Part shown: positions 13,766 to 25,540 of the stretch, one piece after another | Layout of the letters: the number at the start of each line of letters is the position of its first letter | Numbering within the stretch: position 1 is the stretch's first letter | Assembly (NCBI RefSeq): GCF_006345805.1 | Contig: NC_043013.1 | Coordinates: 124,001 to 188,000 of the forward strand | Length of the DNA stretch: 64,000 nucleotides | Origin: Octopus sinensis | Taxonomy: Eukaryota | Reading direction: 5' to 3' | Notes under the pieces: model-generated | What the model was told of the DNA's origin: nothing | The model's database searches: none | Seen by the model: only the letters and a program-made list of their open reading frames with translations | Made by a program: the position numbers and the translations under genes

Positions 13766-14933
13766 AACATGAAAGGGAAAGGTGACTTCAGCAGGATTCT
13801 GCAGCAAAGCAAAAAAAGACAAAAAAAAAGGGCAGTGGGTATTTTTAGATTCCCCTGCGTTATTAAGAACAGGCAAAATAGAGAATGCGTTCCCACAATT
13901 CACTCTGCCTTGGTGCCAGATCATCATCATCACCACCACCATCACATGTCTACCATGCTGACATGAGAGTTGGACAGTTTGACGGAGCTGGTAAGGCCAG
14001 GATCTACATCGGGTTCCACTGACTGTTTTGGAAAGGTTTCTACAATTGGATGCCCTTCCTAACACCTATCATTTTACAGAGTGCACTGGGTGCCTTATAC
14101 ATGGCAGCAGCAGCACCAGTGCTTTTTATAAGGCCCTAAAGAAAATAAAAATGAATACAAAAAGTATGGGGCTCAAACCCACAACATTCGCATAATTAGC
14201 AGAATGCTCAAAACAACTGAGCAAACCAGCCAGAGATATACCAAGATGGCTGTAAAGAATGGCAGTAAGTGGAAGCGCCAGAAAGCTGTGAAGGAAACAG
14301 AAACATACTGGAAGCAATAAGTGATTGTTGGTTTATGTTCCGAGTTCAAATTCCGCCAAGGTCATCTGAAGGAAGCCAAACAGCAGGACTTGGAGCTTTC
14401 CCACAAGATCCGTCTGCTATTTCCAGCAGAAGATTGGTTTAAAGCTCATACAACTGAAGACAGTCACCAAGGAGATAGGTATAGCAGCTGAAACAAGCTC
14501 AAGGTAACTGTGGGTGACAAGGAACTGCAGAAGGAACCATTCTGCAGGAAAAGGCTAATCCATTCCTTGTTGCCCCACATGAGTGAAGTGTACAGGCCAA
14601 GGGGTGAAAAGCTTGTGACCTTGAGATACCTGATGATACAGAAGGGTTTCTGGCACAGTATTGGGTTTAATCAGCAGCAGAAGGAGAGCTTGCAATATCT
14701 CTCAAATAGCTCCATGCAGTTTCTGCATGGAGCAAAGGATATCTGATGTTTATTTCACCTTCAGTTAGTTACCTCCTCACTGCTATTAATCTGTTCAAGC
14801 AATGTTGGCCTGACCTGGGTTATTCCCCAGTTTCAAGGAGAACAACAACAACAACAAACACTACTGCCACTGCCACCACCACCACTCTGATATAAAAAAT
14901 GAGCGTCCACAGAATATAAAATAAAATAAAATC

Positions 14934-14978
<45 letters not shown>

Positions 14979-15559
14979 AGACAGCAATATTTTTCTTCCA
15001 CCAACCGCTGGAAAGTGATCCATGATTATAAATTATTTAAATATAAAATTAAATGCTTCAAATGAGTTCTTGATAAATGGAGGAGTTTGTTAGCTAAGTA
15101 GGACAAGGCTTAGATAATTAAAAATAAATTAATAAATTATTTGAAATAAAAATAAACAAGTACACAAAAAGATGGCTGCTTATAAGTTCCTTTTAACTGA
15201 GAGAGAAAGAGTAAGATGCATAAGTGTCTTGTGTGTACATAGGTGTATATAACTATATGTGTGCATATATAGTTTAAGAGAGAGAATGTGCAGAAATGTG
15301 TATCTTGCTCAGTAGTTGTATCATGTCCAACTCAGTAAAAACACGATGCCCTGTTTCATAATCACACCAAGCTCTGCTTAATAACTGCATCACACTCTCC
15401 TCAGTAAGCCTGCTATGTTCCATATTATATTGCTCTCAGTAACCATGGATCGTTATGCATATTAACAATCATCATCATCATTTTTCCATGCTTGTATGGG
15501 TTGGACAGAATTCACAGAGGCAGATTTTCTAAAATGGGAGATGCCCTTCCTGTTGAAAT

Positions 15560-16156
15560 AATACATTTCTAAATTTCTCATTGAGATTTATGCAGTAGCA
15601 GCATGATGAAGTGATAGTATGTCTTCAACTTAATGTGGCAGTCCCATAAAAGGGAAGAATGATACTGTTATTTAGCCCTAGGAAACACCGTTCCCTGTTG
15701 GACTCGACACTTTTCCTGTGCCCTTGTGTTTTCAAAATGGAGTCAAGCACCTCCACCTAGGGCTAAATAACAGCAGCATTCTTCCCTTTCATGGGACTGT
15801 CACATTAAGTTGACAACATACCATCACTCTATCGTGCTGCTACTTCATAAATTTCTCTGAGAGATTTAGAAATGTATTATTTCTATTTTCAAAATCAGTG
15901 GATGTATTTCACTTGGAATATATATGTTTTCAAAGGCAGATAGGCATCTCCAGGTAGCAAGCCATGCTACTCCAGACTGATGATGAGCAATGACTCTGAA
16001 ACTAGTCTCTGGGTGCTGGCTTTGCTTGGTGGAGGTGCTAGTCTCCACTTTGAAAACATAAGAACAAAGGAAACAGTGTTTCCTAGGGCTAAATAATGGT
16101 AGCATTCTTTCCTTTCATGGGACTGTCACATTAAGTTGACAACATGCTATCACTTT
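15560..16156 (+). mobile_element. Family B Penelope-like/retrozyme-type insertion: inverted unit + partial direct unit + HHR-containing unit
   Basis: 15560-15680 is the reverse complement of ~15757-15880; the unit recurs in direct orientation at ~16030-16156 after the HHR; another copy lies on the minus strand at 45490-45660. Confidence 0.75.
15972..16012 (+). ncRNA. Minimal type-I hammerhead ribozyme (intact core)
   Basis: CCAGA-CUGAUGA-uGAGcaaugaCUCu-GAAAC-UA-GUC-UCUGG; stem I CCAGA/UCUGG, stem III ACUAGU palindrome, GUC cleavage triplet at 16005-16007. Confidence 0.85.
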
Positions 16157-16581
16157 GCCCTTCATATTGTCAACCCTCACTGGTTTCCAAGCAAGATATG
16201 TTTCTCACAGACAATTGGGAACAAACAGCACTACTTGTATAACAGTGATGCCTGTTTACAACCATCATTTGATGTCAAGACAAAAGAATACACACACACA
16301 CGACAGGCTTCTTTCAGTTTCCGTCTACCAAATGCTTTCACAAGGCTTTGATCAGCTCAGTGTTATAATAGAAGATACTTGCTCAATATGCCAGACAGTA
16401 GGACTGAACCTGAGACCACCTGACTGGGAAGCAAGCTTCTCAACCACATAGCCATGCCAATACCTTTTAATGTATAATCGGCAAATATAGTTTATTAACA
16501 GAAAATAAGGGGACATGAATAGGGGGGACTAAAAACAAAAAGTTTTTATAATAACAATAACACATGCCTACGGAATGACGT

Positions 16582-16955
16582 AGGCGTGGCTGTATGGTAA
16601 GATTGCTTCCCAACCACATGGTTCCAGGTTCAGTCCTACTGTGCAGCACCTTGGACAAGTGTCTTCTGCTATAGCCTTGGGCTGACCAAAGCTTTGGTAG
16701 ACAGAAACTGAAAGTCTGTCATATATATGTATGTGTGTGTGTGTGTCTTTGTGTCTATGTTTGTCCCCTATCGCCGCTTGACAACCAATGCTGGTGTGTT
16801 TACATCCCCCATAACTTAGCAGTTCAGTAAAAGAAACCAATAGAGTAAGTACCAGACTCTAAACAAAAATAAGTACTGGGGTTGAAACATTTGACTAAAA
16901 CCCTTCAAAGTGGTGCCCCAGCATGGCCACAGTCAAATAATTGAAACAAGTAAAA
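16582..16955 (+). mobile_element. tRNA-derived SINE family S1, near full length
   Basis: A-box GGCGTGGCTGTATGG, B-box GGTTCAGTCC, CCTTGGACAAG core, internal (TA/TG)n, tail TGAAACAAGTAAAA; further copies or fragments at ~16290-16460(-), 20100-20435(+), 39275-39630(-), 43995-44155(-), 57640-57860(-). Confidence 0.85.
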
Positions 16956-17973
16956 AAAAAATACACAACCCAACATGTACAAATACATAAAATATACAGA
17001 AACTGTATCGATTTATGTAGAGTAATGTGTATATAACAAGTTGCATGGCAGAATGGTGAGGGTGTTGCACTTCCAATTTGTAAGATCAGGGTTTCAATTT
17101 CTAGTCCAGGCAGTGCATTGTATTCTTGAACGACACATTTCATTTCCCCTTTGCTCCATTACATGCTGCTGTAAATGAGTTCCAGGAATAACCCAGAAGT
17201 TAACCATGCCACAAGCAATCATCCAATTCAACAAGGACTGTCGTAATCTCAGACACTTATACGCCCTGGAACCCAGGTTAAGCTCCAGCCTTAAGCATCA
17301 TAGGGCTCACAACAGACCTAATGTCTATGCAACAGAAAATACAAAACCAAAACAAAACACAGACCCGCTCAAGGCCCACACGGTTGTGCTCAGCAGTGAA
17401 AGCAGGCAATAAAAATAAGATAATGATAATAATAGAGTGTATCAACAAGAGCACTAAACATTAAATAACTAAGTGGTTTACAATAAAGGCAAATAACTTT
17501 AAAAATGCAGAGAATATATGCAAATAACCTTGGAAAGATATATATGAAAGATTAAACAGTAATAATGAAAGAGATATAGGTAGAGCTTAGCGGGCTTTTT
17601 TGGAGGATTTTATTATCTTTTTTTTCTCCAGGACTATTTATTTTATCATTTTTATTTTCCTCTTAATTCTGACACAGTAAATCCAAAGTGATTAAAATGG
17701 ATTATGAGGAAAATAAAGTGATTAATTCACTAATTTACTCATTTAATACACCAACCTCTTTCTCATAAAATATAAATGTGTGTGTGTGAATGTATGTAAC
17801 AAAATAAATCAATAAAAATAACTAGATCACTTCATCAGACCCATGAAGCTGTGTGTGTGCGTAAATGTACATACATTAGTTCCTGTTTAAAAAAACAAAA
17901 AAACATGTGAAAGAACCCCTATATCAATGTATTTGGGGGTTTGTTTCTGAAATTGGGGAAATAATATGATTAG

Positions 17974-18237
17974 TACATTATTTACACGGACATATGGTGT
18001 AGTGGTTAAGAGTGCAGGCTACTAATCCCAAGATTCCAAGTTCGATTCCAGGCAGTGACCTGAATGATAATAATAATAACATTGAAAAATACCTTAGGAA
18101 TGAGAACCCAGGTTTAAAATTTCCCCAAGACACCTGATGAAGGCTGGAGGGTATATCAGCCGAAACGTGTTAATAACAAACAAGATGAGGACAAATATCT
18201 GTCAAATGGAAAGAATTCCATGTCTCTTAAAGAACTG
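17974..18237 (+). mobile_element. Family A tRNA-head + hammerhead element with a short inverted 3' end at its 5' junction; 12-bp TSD
   Basis: A-box TGGTGTAGTGG and B-box GTTCGATTCC (~17987-18058); HHR CTGATGA at 18134-18140 and GAAAC at 18162-18166 (3-nt deletion at the cleavage site); TACATTATTTACA at 17974-17986 is the reverse complement of the family 3' end; TAATATGATTAG at 17962-17973 and TAATATGGTTAG at 18238-18249. Confidence 0.85.
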
Positions 18238-18387
18238 TAATATGGTTAGGTTCTACTCTGGCATAAATGGACGCATTTCAGGTTCCAGGCTCAGTCCTAC
18301 ATTATCTTATCTTCTAAGACAGCCCTAAACCCTTCTTCACTTGGCCTTTCTCTTCTGTTAGGCCTAGTAAACCCCAAACTGCTTTAA

Positions 18388-18596
18388 CCCTTTACCATTC
18401 AGATTCCTCTAACAAATGTAATCCTTATTTATTCGCACCTTTTTAAATTAATCATGTATTTTCTTGTAGCGTTGAGATTTTGATGATGTGACTACATATT
18501 TTTAGAATGACATTGTAGAGTAGGTGTGAGAGGTCACATTTGGCCAGTTTGAATATAAAACCGGTAGAAATTTTGGTCAGATTAAATGCTGAAGGG
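18388..18596 (+). mobile_element. piggyBac-type MITE
   Basis: TTAA|CCCTTTACCATT...AATGCTGAAGGG|TTAA termini with TTAA TSD; further copies at ~22377-22600, ~39868-40064(-) and ~50123-51045 (interrupted). Confidence 0.8.
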
Positions 18597-19656
18597 TTAA
18601 ATGCTTCCTTTGCCCTGAAAACCTTCCACTCGTCTTCACCCATCATGCATTATCTGCTTGCTTTTCATGCTCATATGACCAGCAAAAAATATATTGATGA
18701 CTGTAATTCCTTCAATAGGAACTTCATAATTCATCAGTATCCTGTTCCCTTTCTCCCCCAGCACACACACACACTCTTATATTCTGTAAATGTTTGGTAA
18801 TGCAAACAGGACACTGTTATCCTCTGTGTGTGTGTGTGTGTACTCACAGGTGTATGTGACTGTTAATTGCACATTTTCATTAACAGCATTTGAAAAACAG
18901 TGACTGTTAAGTTCTACAGTAAACCAAAATACCAAAATTTAGTGGTTTCATCAGTTTTGATGTGTGAGGACAAGTGGAACGAAAAATACATATGTGAAAA
19001 TAAATGTGGCTTAGCAACAGAAAGGGCATCTGGCTATAGACAATGTCTTCGTAAGTCTTAACTTGTGCCAGCATTAAATTAAGGATATTATATATTGTGT
19101 GCATGTGTGTATTTGTCTTTGCAAATCTTCATGCTGACATCATTTCTGTCTCCTATAAACAAAATATCTGGCAATCATTTAATATGCAAAAGTATGAAAC
19201 AAAGTGCCTTGCTGGAAAAAAAAACAGACTCAAGTCAGGAAGAGCATTTGAGTATAGGATACAGGCTCAAGACAACTCCAACCCATGCCAGCAGGGAAAA
19301 GCACATGTGAAAACAATGATGGTGATGAATATTCTTAGACTATTGTTGCGTATATTTATCATCACTGTTGGTTGATGTCCACTTTTACTAAACTTGCAAG
19401 GGTCAGATGGAACTGTTGAGACAGATTTTCTACAGCCAGATGCCTTTCCTTTCACCAACCATTACTTGTTTCTAAGAAAAAAAAATATTTACCCCACCCC
19501 AATGGCCAGACATGTTTTTCAAGGAAAACTGGATGTGAATAATATCATTGGTATGGTGGTGAGGTTTGTTTGCAACCGGCACATGATGTCCAAGACGGTA
19601 CACAAACACACACACACATAGACGATGGGTTTCTTTCAGTTTCCATCAGTCTAGGG

Positions 19657-19970
19657 CAAAGGCTCTTAAAGTGAGCGCTGCCATCACCACCACCTCCACC
19701 ACCCTGGTGGGCATTGAGACGGTCCTAAGGGGGCAGTAGAGAAAAAGAGGTGTTGGGAGGAAGGCAGTGGTTTGGCTGACACTATCAATTTATGATATTA
19801 TTACAGTATTGTATATAAATTATATAACATTATATTAAATATAAAATGATTCAAAGTATAAATTAGTAAAATATAAAATATTTATTTATACATAAAAGTA
19901 GGGATGGGGGCACTGGGGGTATTATGTGGCCATGAGCAGGGCAGTGGCCCAAAAAGTTTGAGAACGTCTG
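19657..19970. mobile_element. hAT (Charlie-like) MITE inserted into an S1 SINE
   Basis: Imperfect TIRs CAAAGGCTCTTAAAGT / AGTTTGAGAACGTCTG; decayed 8-bp flanks GTCTAGGG / GTCTGGTT; SINE sequence resumes after it. Confidence 0.55.
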
Positions 19971-22900
19971 GTCTGGTTTAGTAGAAGACACTTGCCCAAG
20001 GTGCATCACAGTGGGACTGAAACCAAGACCTTAGGGTTAAAAAGCAAGTTTCTCAACTTCACCACCACAACTGAAAATGAAATTGCAAGGTATTAAGTGT
20101 AGGTGTGGCTGTGTGTTAAAAAGTTTACCTCCCAACCATATGGTTCTAGGTTCGATCCCACTATCAAGCATCTTCTCTAGCCTCAGACCAACCAAAGCCT
20201 TGTGAATGAATTTTATAGACAGAAACCAAAAGAAGTCCTTTGTATGTGTGTGTGTGTGTGTTTTTGTCCTTCACCACTGCTTGACAACTGGTGTTGGTGT
20301 GTTTATGCCCCCGTAACTTAGCAGTTCAGCAAAGAAACCAACAGAATAAGTAACGGGCTTAAAAAAAGTAAATTCCTGAAAGCAGTGCCCCAGCATGGCC
20401 ACATTCAAATGACTGAAATAAGGGAATAAAAGAATGAGGCTACATTGTATACATTGTATAAAATTTCAATCTGTGCTCATGTTTACTGTTGGGTGATTTG
20501 GCAACATGCTTTGGTGGCACACTTTCAAACATTACACCCCACCAGACAGAACTCATAACTACATGCCTCAGTCTACCCAGCTGACAACAGACACTACACT
20601 AAATGGTCAACATGAGGTAAAATACTCTGTTATGAAAGAACATTGACACCAAAGCAATATTTAAAAGACAACATTTACACATATAAACACAATACTCAAC
20701 CCATGTTAGTAGGAATATACGAATGTAAAACGCTAAAAAAAAAATAAGAAGAATTATAAATAAAATATAAAGTCTAAAGCAGGCAGTTGTAATCAGATTT
20801 AAGAGGCAACATCATCTAAGATCATGGATGAAAATTCATTAAAAAAAAGGTAAATATAAACTGAAGATCACTCATCAAAAAAATCCATACAATTTAATCT
20901 TCTTCTTAATATTCATTTTCAGATTTCAAAGAATTTTTCATTCTTACATAGAATTAATCAGAAAGGTCTCTTCAATTACATGATTAGAAGCAACATGAAA
21001 CATGCAGGCAGGCACACACTCACAGATTCATACATTCATGTATGCAGAAATATGCTTACATAGCTGCATGTGTATATGCACAAATATGCATGCATTCATC
21101 ACATGTGCAGACATACAAATACATGCACATTGTTATCTAGGTCCACGAAAACAAATTATTACTCTGTCCAAACTGCCTGAGTGACATTAATGTAATGAAA
21201 AAAATGCATAAATGAGGCCATTTTATGATCTGCTGGGGAGTATTTCTCACCCCCATACGTAAGTTAATATCAATTACTGCTGCTACATCTATCTATATAC
21301 TGACCCCTGGGAAGAAAGATAAGCAGGAAAGAGGGATACACAGAATAAAAAAAGCAAGAGTAGAAAATATAACCATTTCAAATGAGTAACCATAAAAAGA
21401 AATTTAGATGAGGGGATGGTGGTCATGGTTGGCTTGAAATTAGAGTCTGGTGCAATTCTCTACCCAACCCATGCCAGCATGGAGATGGAGGAGGGGTGGG
21501 GGAGGACAGATCATCATGCATTGTATTCAAACTGATGATGCTCAAATCTCAGTAACCAAGTCCATCTTGCTTGAGATAGGTACCACAGAATAAGTATACT
21601 TTGACAGTAAGCAGGAGAAGCACTGCAAAATGAACAGACGTTCAGTGTTGTGTATAACCAATCTTATGAGAAAAAGTGGGTTGGAAGATATTGAACCAGA
21701 GACCTTGAAACTGAAAGAGAAATGAATGAGACAGGAAAGTGTACCAAATCCATGTGTGTCAGTCAGCATGGAAGCTTTTTTGAGAGTTAAAAGATGAGCA
21801 TTAAGCAAAAGGAATCACCAAAACAAGAGACTCTACACAGTGCATTTGGCTCACTGTGACCTAGCATAAGCCTGCAAAGCATGGGTTGGACAGAATTTAT
21901 TGAGACAGATTGTCTACGGCCAAATGTCCTTGCTGTCACCAACCCTCACCTGTTTCCAAGTAATATTCCTTCATGGTTAGACTTGGTCTCACAGAATATC
22001 AGAAAGGAATGCCAATGCTTGCAGGGCAACAGCAGATGACACTTGCCCAAGTGTTGCAGTAGGTCTGAACCTGAAACTATGAGGTTGCAATGCAAGCCCC
22101 TCACCCACAACAGCCATGCATGCACATATAGAAGAAACATGATGCAATGGCTATGAAGTTCTAAGGAAGACCCCACTTCAAATTGGTCACTTCTTCCTTC
22201 AATGATGTAACAGAATGTGCAAAATTGAAGATCAAACCTAGCATCACATATATTCGTGAAAAAGACTTTTTAACTCCACAGCTCCACTGCACCTAGTGTA
22301 ACACATATATATATATATTGCGTGTGGCCTTGAACAGAGCTGAAAACGGTGACTGATAGAGGCAAAGTGAAGACATTAACCATTTAGTGTTCAGATTACT
22401 CTGTCAGAGATAATGTTTATTTATTCACCTTGTTTGGAATGAATCATGGCTTATCTCACAGCATCAAGATTTCAATGATGGGATTGTTTTAATCTTAGAA
22501 CGACTTTGTAGGATAGTTTGGAAAGGCTGGATTTGGTTAGTTTGAATATAAAACCAGTAGAATATTTTGGTTAGATACGGGAGGTTTAAATGAGTTGAAA
22601 GGATGAAGGAGAGCAATTATCAGAGTTGTCCATCAGATTTTGCTGGATATCATGGTTCAGAAGTCTAAGGAGGAACAACATACCATACAGCTGATTCATC
22701 CAAACCATGCTAATATAGCAAAACAGATCTAACGTAGGAGAGTTGAGTCCATGACAGAATTTAATTTTTATGGAACCATTTGCCTCTACAGAAATTACTA
22801 ATGCTTTTTGAAAAGGCATTAACATCACAATTTCCAAATCTTCTGATAAAAGGTTCTGTCTGTAATAAAGAACGACTGAAAACAAGTGATAGACAGTGTA

Positions 22901-23101
22901 TCTATGTAGCCTTCAATCTTACCAATATAATACTGAAACCTGTAAACACTCTCAATACCCTATTAAACCCTTTTGATACCAACCTGCCAAAGACCACCTT
23001 TGATTCTAAAGTGATCTTGATTTTGAAAACCTTTATTCAAGATTTCCCTGTTATGTTCCAAACACCAGCTTAATATGATTGTAATGTTTTGGTGACAATG
23101 C

Positions 23102-23140
23102 TTTGCTGAAGAGGTTTAATAAGACTGAAATATGTCCAAA
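23102..23140 (+). ncRNA. Minimal type-I hammerhead ribozyme
   Basis: UUUG-CUGAAGA-GGUUUaauaAGACU-GAAAU-AU-GUC-CAAA; stem I UUUG/CAAA; GUC at 23134-23136. Confidence 0.75.
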
Positions 23141-24180
23141 TTCTTTACCACAGATCTTAATTTTAGGGACAACTGAAATTTCTAGAGTTCTCCCTTTTGC
23201 TCCTTTTGATAAATTTCCATCAATACTAATGACTTCCCTTCACATTACAATAATATCAGATGAAAGTAAAGATAAAAACAAAAATAAGATTAAAGAGCTA
23301 GGATGACCATTTACTTGCTAAACGGTCATCCCAGCTCTTTAATCCAAGCTAAAGTATGCATGGTCAAACTTTTCAACTGATTAAAAATCATTTTCATTTC
23401 ACTACAATAAATGTCAGCCTGCACTTAACTATATGCTTTTTGTGCAGAAGGAATCCTGGGAATATACATTGCCCTGAAAATGGCACAACAATTATCCTGT
23501 TCAACTGCCCTGGTTCAGCTGTGAAGGGAGATCTGAGTGGCTGGTTGTATGAACCAACTACCAACAGAATTGTAACACTGGGTTGGAAGGAAAGGAGGAG
23601 CAAATGCTGTGGAGCAGTGGGTGGAGGCTGTGACAATGAAGTAGATGTGAAGGGGTGGTAGAGAGCTAAAGGGAACTTGAAATCTGTCTGTTTATATTTC
23701 CCATCTGATGTTTAGGTCTATTGAGGTGACTTACACCTCTCAATCACAATGACTTCATATTCTTATAATATAGTCAGAATAAAAACTATTTTTATACTAT
23801 AAAGAATATGGCACAAGAGGCTCCAAAGAGCCAAAACTAACCTACCAATTCTAATGTTTACTGGTCCATAAGTACATTGGGCTGTCAACACTGTATCATT
23901 ATGTAAATTAGTTGTACTTAATGCAATGCTGTTTGTATTTTAACGAGTGGGCCTCTCAATAATGCTTGACAGCCTCAACGAAAGAGGTAATAAAAGTTCT
24001 AAGTTCAATTTTTATCTAAACTGCAGAAAATAAATAACAAACTGTGGTTTAACCATGGATCTTAAATTCACAATGTGACTAAATATATATAACTCAGTAA
24101 ATATTTATGCAATGAGTTGTTTTTTTTTTTTCCAGCAAAACTTATATACTCATTGTGTGATCTGCTGTTTTGGTGACTGC

Positions 24181-24219
24181 TTCGCTGAAGAGGTCTAACA
24201 AGACTGAAATATGTTCAAA
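24181..24219 (+). ncRNA. Minimal type-I hammerhead ribozyme (second family C copy)
   Basis: UUCG-CUGAAGA-GGUCUaacaAGACU-GAAAU-AU-GUU-CAAA; GUU at 24213-24215. Confidence 0.7.
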
Positions 24220-25317
24220 CTTTCTACTATACCTGCCACAGATCTTAATTTTGGTGGCAATTGAAATTTCCAGAGTTCTCTCCTTTGATCCTTAAATTTC
24301 CATTAATTCTAATAACTGGCTTACCTACTACGATTATAATTTCAACCGATTGAAAATCATTTTTGACTCACGTTAAATATGTCAGCCTGCACTTAACTCT
24401 ATATTTTTCAAGCAGAAGGCATCACTGAGAATATTTATTCATAAAATTTAAATATTGTCCACTGAAGAAATATAACAAAAACGATTGCAGAGATTTCAAC
24501 AGTGAAAGCATAAAAAAGAGGCGGGAAAACCAGTTTACTTCAAAAGGTTTACTTAGAAAGACTACATTTAAAAATAGAATTCCTGTGGCGTAGAGGTTAA
24601 AGGTCAAACTCGTATTTTGATTCATTTCAAGGCATTTTATGTATCAACAACACAAAAAACAAATTCCACTCCTTCTCGCTTATTTTTCTCTATCTCCTAC
24701 TAATACTCATTTCACGGTCGAGTGGGTCGTGTCACAAAAGGCACTCAACTGTTAAAAATTAACGGAAAAACATCTGCTTTAAGAATACATTACAGAATTA
24801 ACGAATTTGTAGGAATATCCAACCTCTGAATTTAAAAATCTAGTTAAAATCTTATTAATAAAAAATAATATCGGAAAATTATTTAAAAGTTTAATTCCTA
24901 CAGGCGATTCATTTTTACATTGATACAAGATCTCTGATATAGGATTGGAGGGGAGTCGGGGTGATTTTTATGCTTTAAAATAGCACAAACACATTTACAT
25001 ATATAGAAAATGAGGTAAAACCTTTTTCAACACGAAGTCATATAAGTCATATACTGTTAAACATGATTTGCGTTAGATTTCATATTTGAAAGCAATACAA
25101 ACAAATGACCTGAAGGAGCTTATTATGTGATCGCTCAACCTGCTAGAAAAAGCAGCCAAATTAACCTCAATTTACACTCTGTCGTCTTTAATGAAAACAC
25201 AACGAGCAATGTAATTTTTGATATACTTTAAAAAAAAAGACATGAGTACGAGACAAACAACAGATTAGTAGAAGTCGACGTAACGAAGTTTCCACCGTTC
25301 AAATAAGCTAAAAATAG

Positions 25318-25540
25318 CTATTTCTTTACTACCCACAAGGGGCTAAACACAGAGGGGACAAACAAGGACAGACAAACGGATTAAGTCGATTACATCGACC
25401 CCAGTGCGTAACTGGTACTTAATTTATCGACCCCGGAAGGATGAAAGGCGAAGTCGACCACGGCGGAATTTGAACTCAGAACGTAGCGGCAGACGAAATA
25501 CGGCTACGCATTTCGCCCGGCCTGCTAACGATTCTGCCAA
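25318..25540 (-). mobile_element. tRNA-derived SINE family S2, CpG-intact copy
   Basis: Minus strand TGGCAGAATCGTTAGC..GAGTTCAAATTCC (A/B boxes), then GCCTTTCATCCTTCCGGGGTCGATAAAT central domain (resembles the Meta/Sauria-SINE domain from memory). Confidence 0.85.

Larger units (their letters stand above)
23085..24423 (+). mobile_element. Family C: two diverged direct repeats (~23085-23455 and ~24167-24423), each starting with an HHR; retrozyme or pseudo-LTR-like
   Basis: Shared blocks GTTTTGGTGAC..GCTGAAGAGG..AAGACTGAAATATGT, CCACAGATCTTAATTTT and ATGTCAGCCTGCACTTAACT..GCAGAAGG. Confidence 0.7.

Noticed and set aside
17987-18058. Functional tRNA gene
   Set aside because: A/B boxes are present but the acceptor stem does not pair and the sequence continues into a repeated element; it is a SINE head
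21525-21570. CTGATGA...GTAAC-CAA-GTC as an HHR
   Set aside because: GAAA is mutated and stems I and II do not pair
22780-23073. GIY-YIG endonuclease remnant upstream of the family C HHR (CIYVAFNLTN)
   Set aside because: No YIG motif or other conserved residues; the resemblance is too weak without an HMM search
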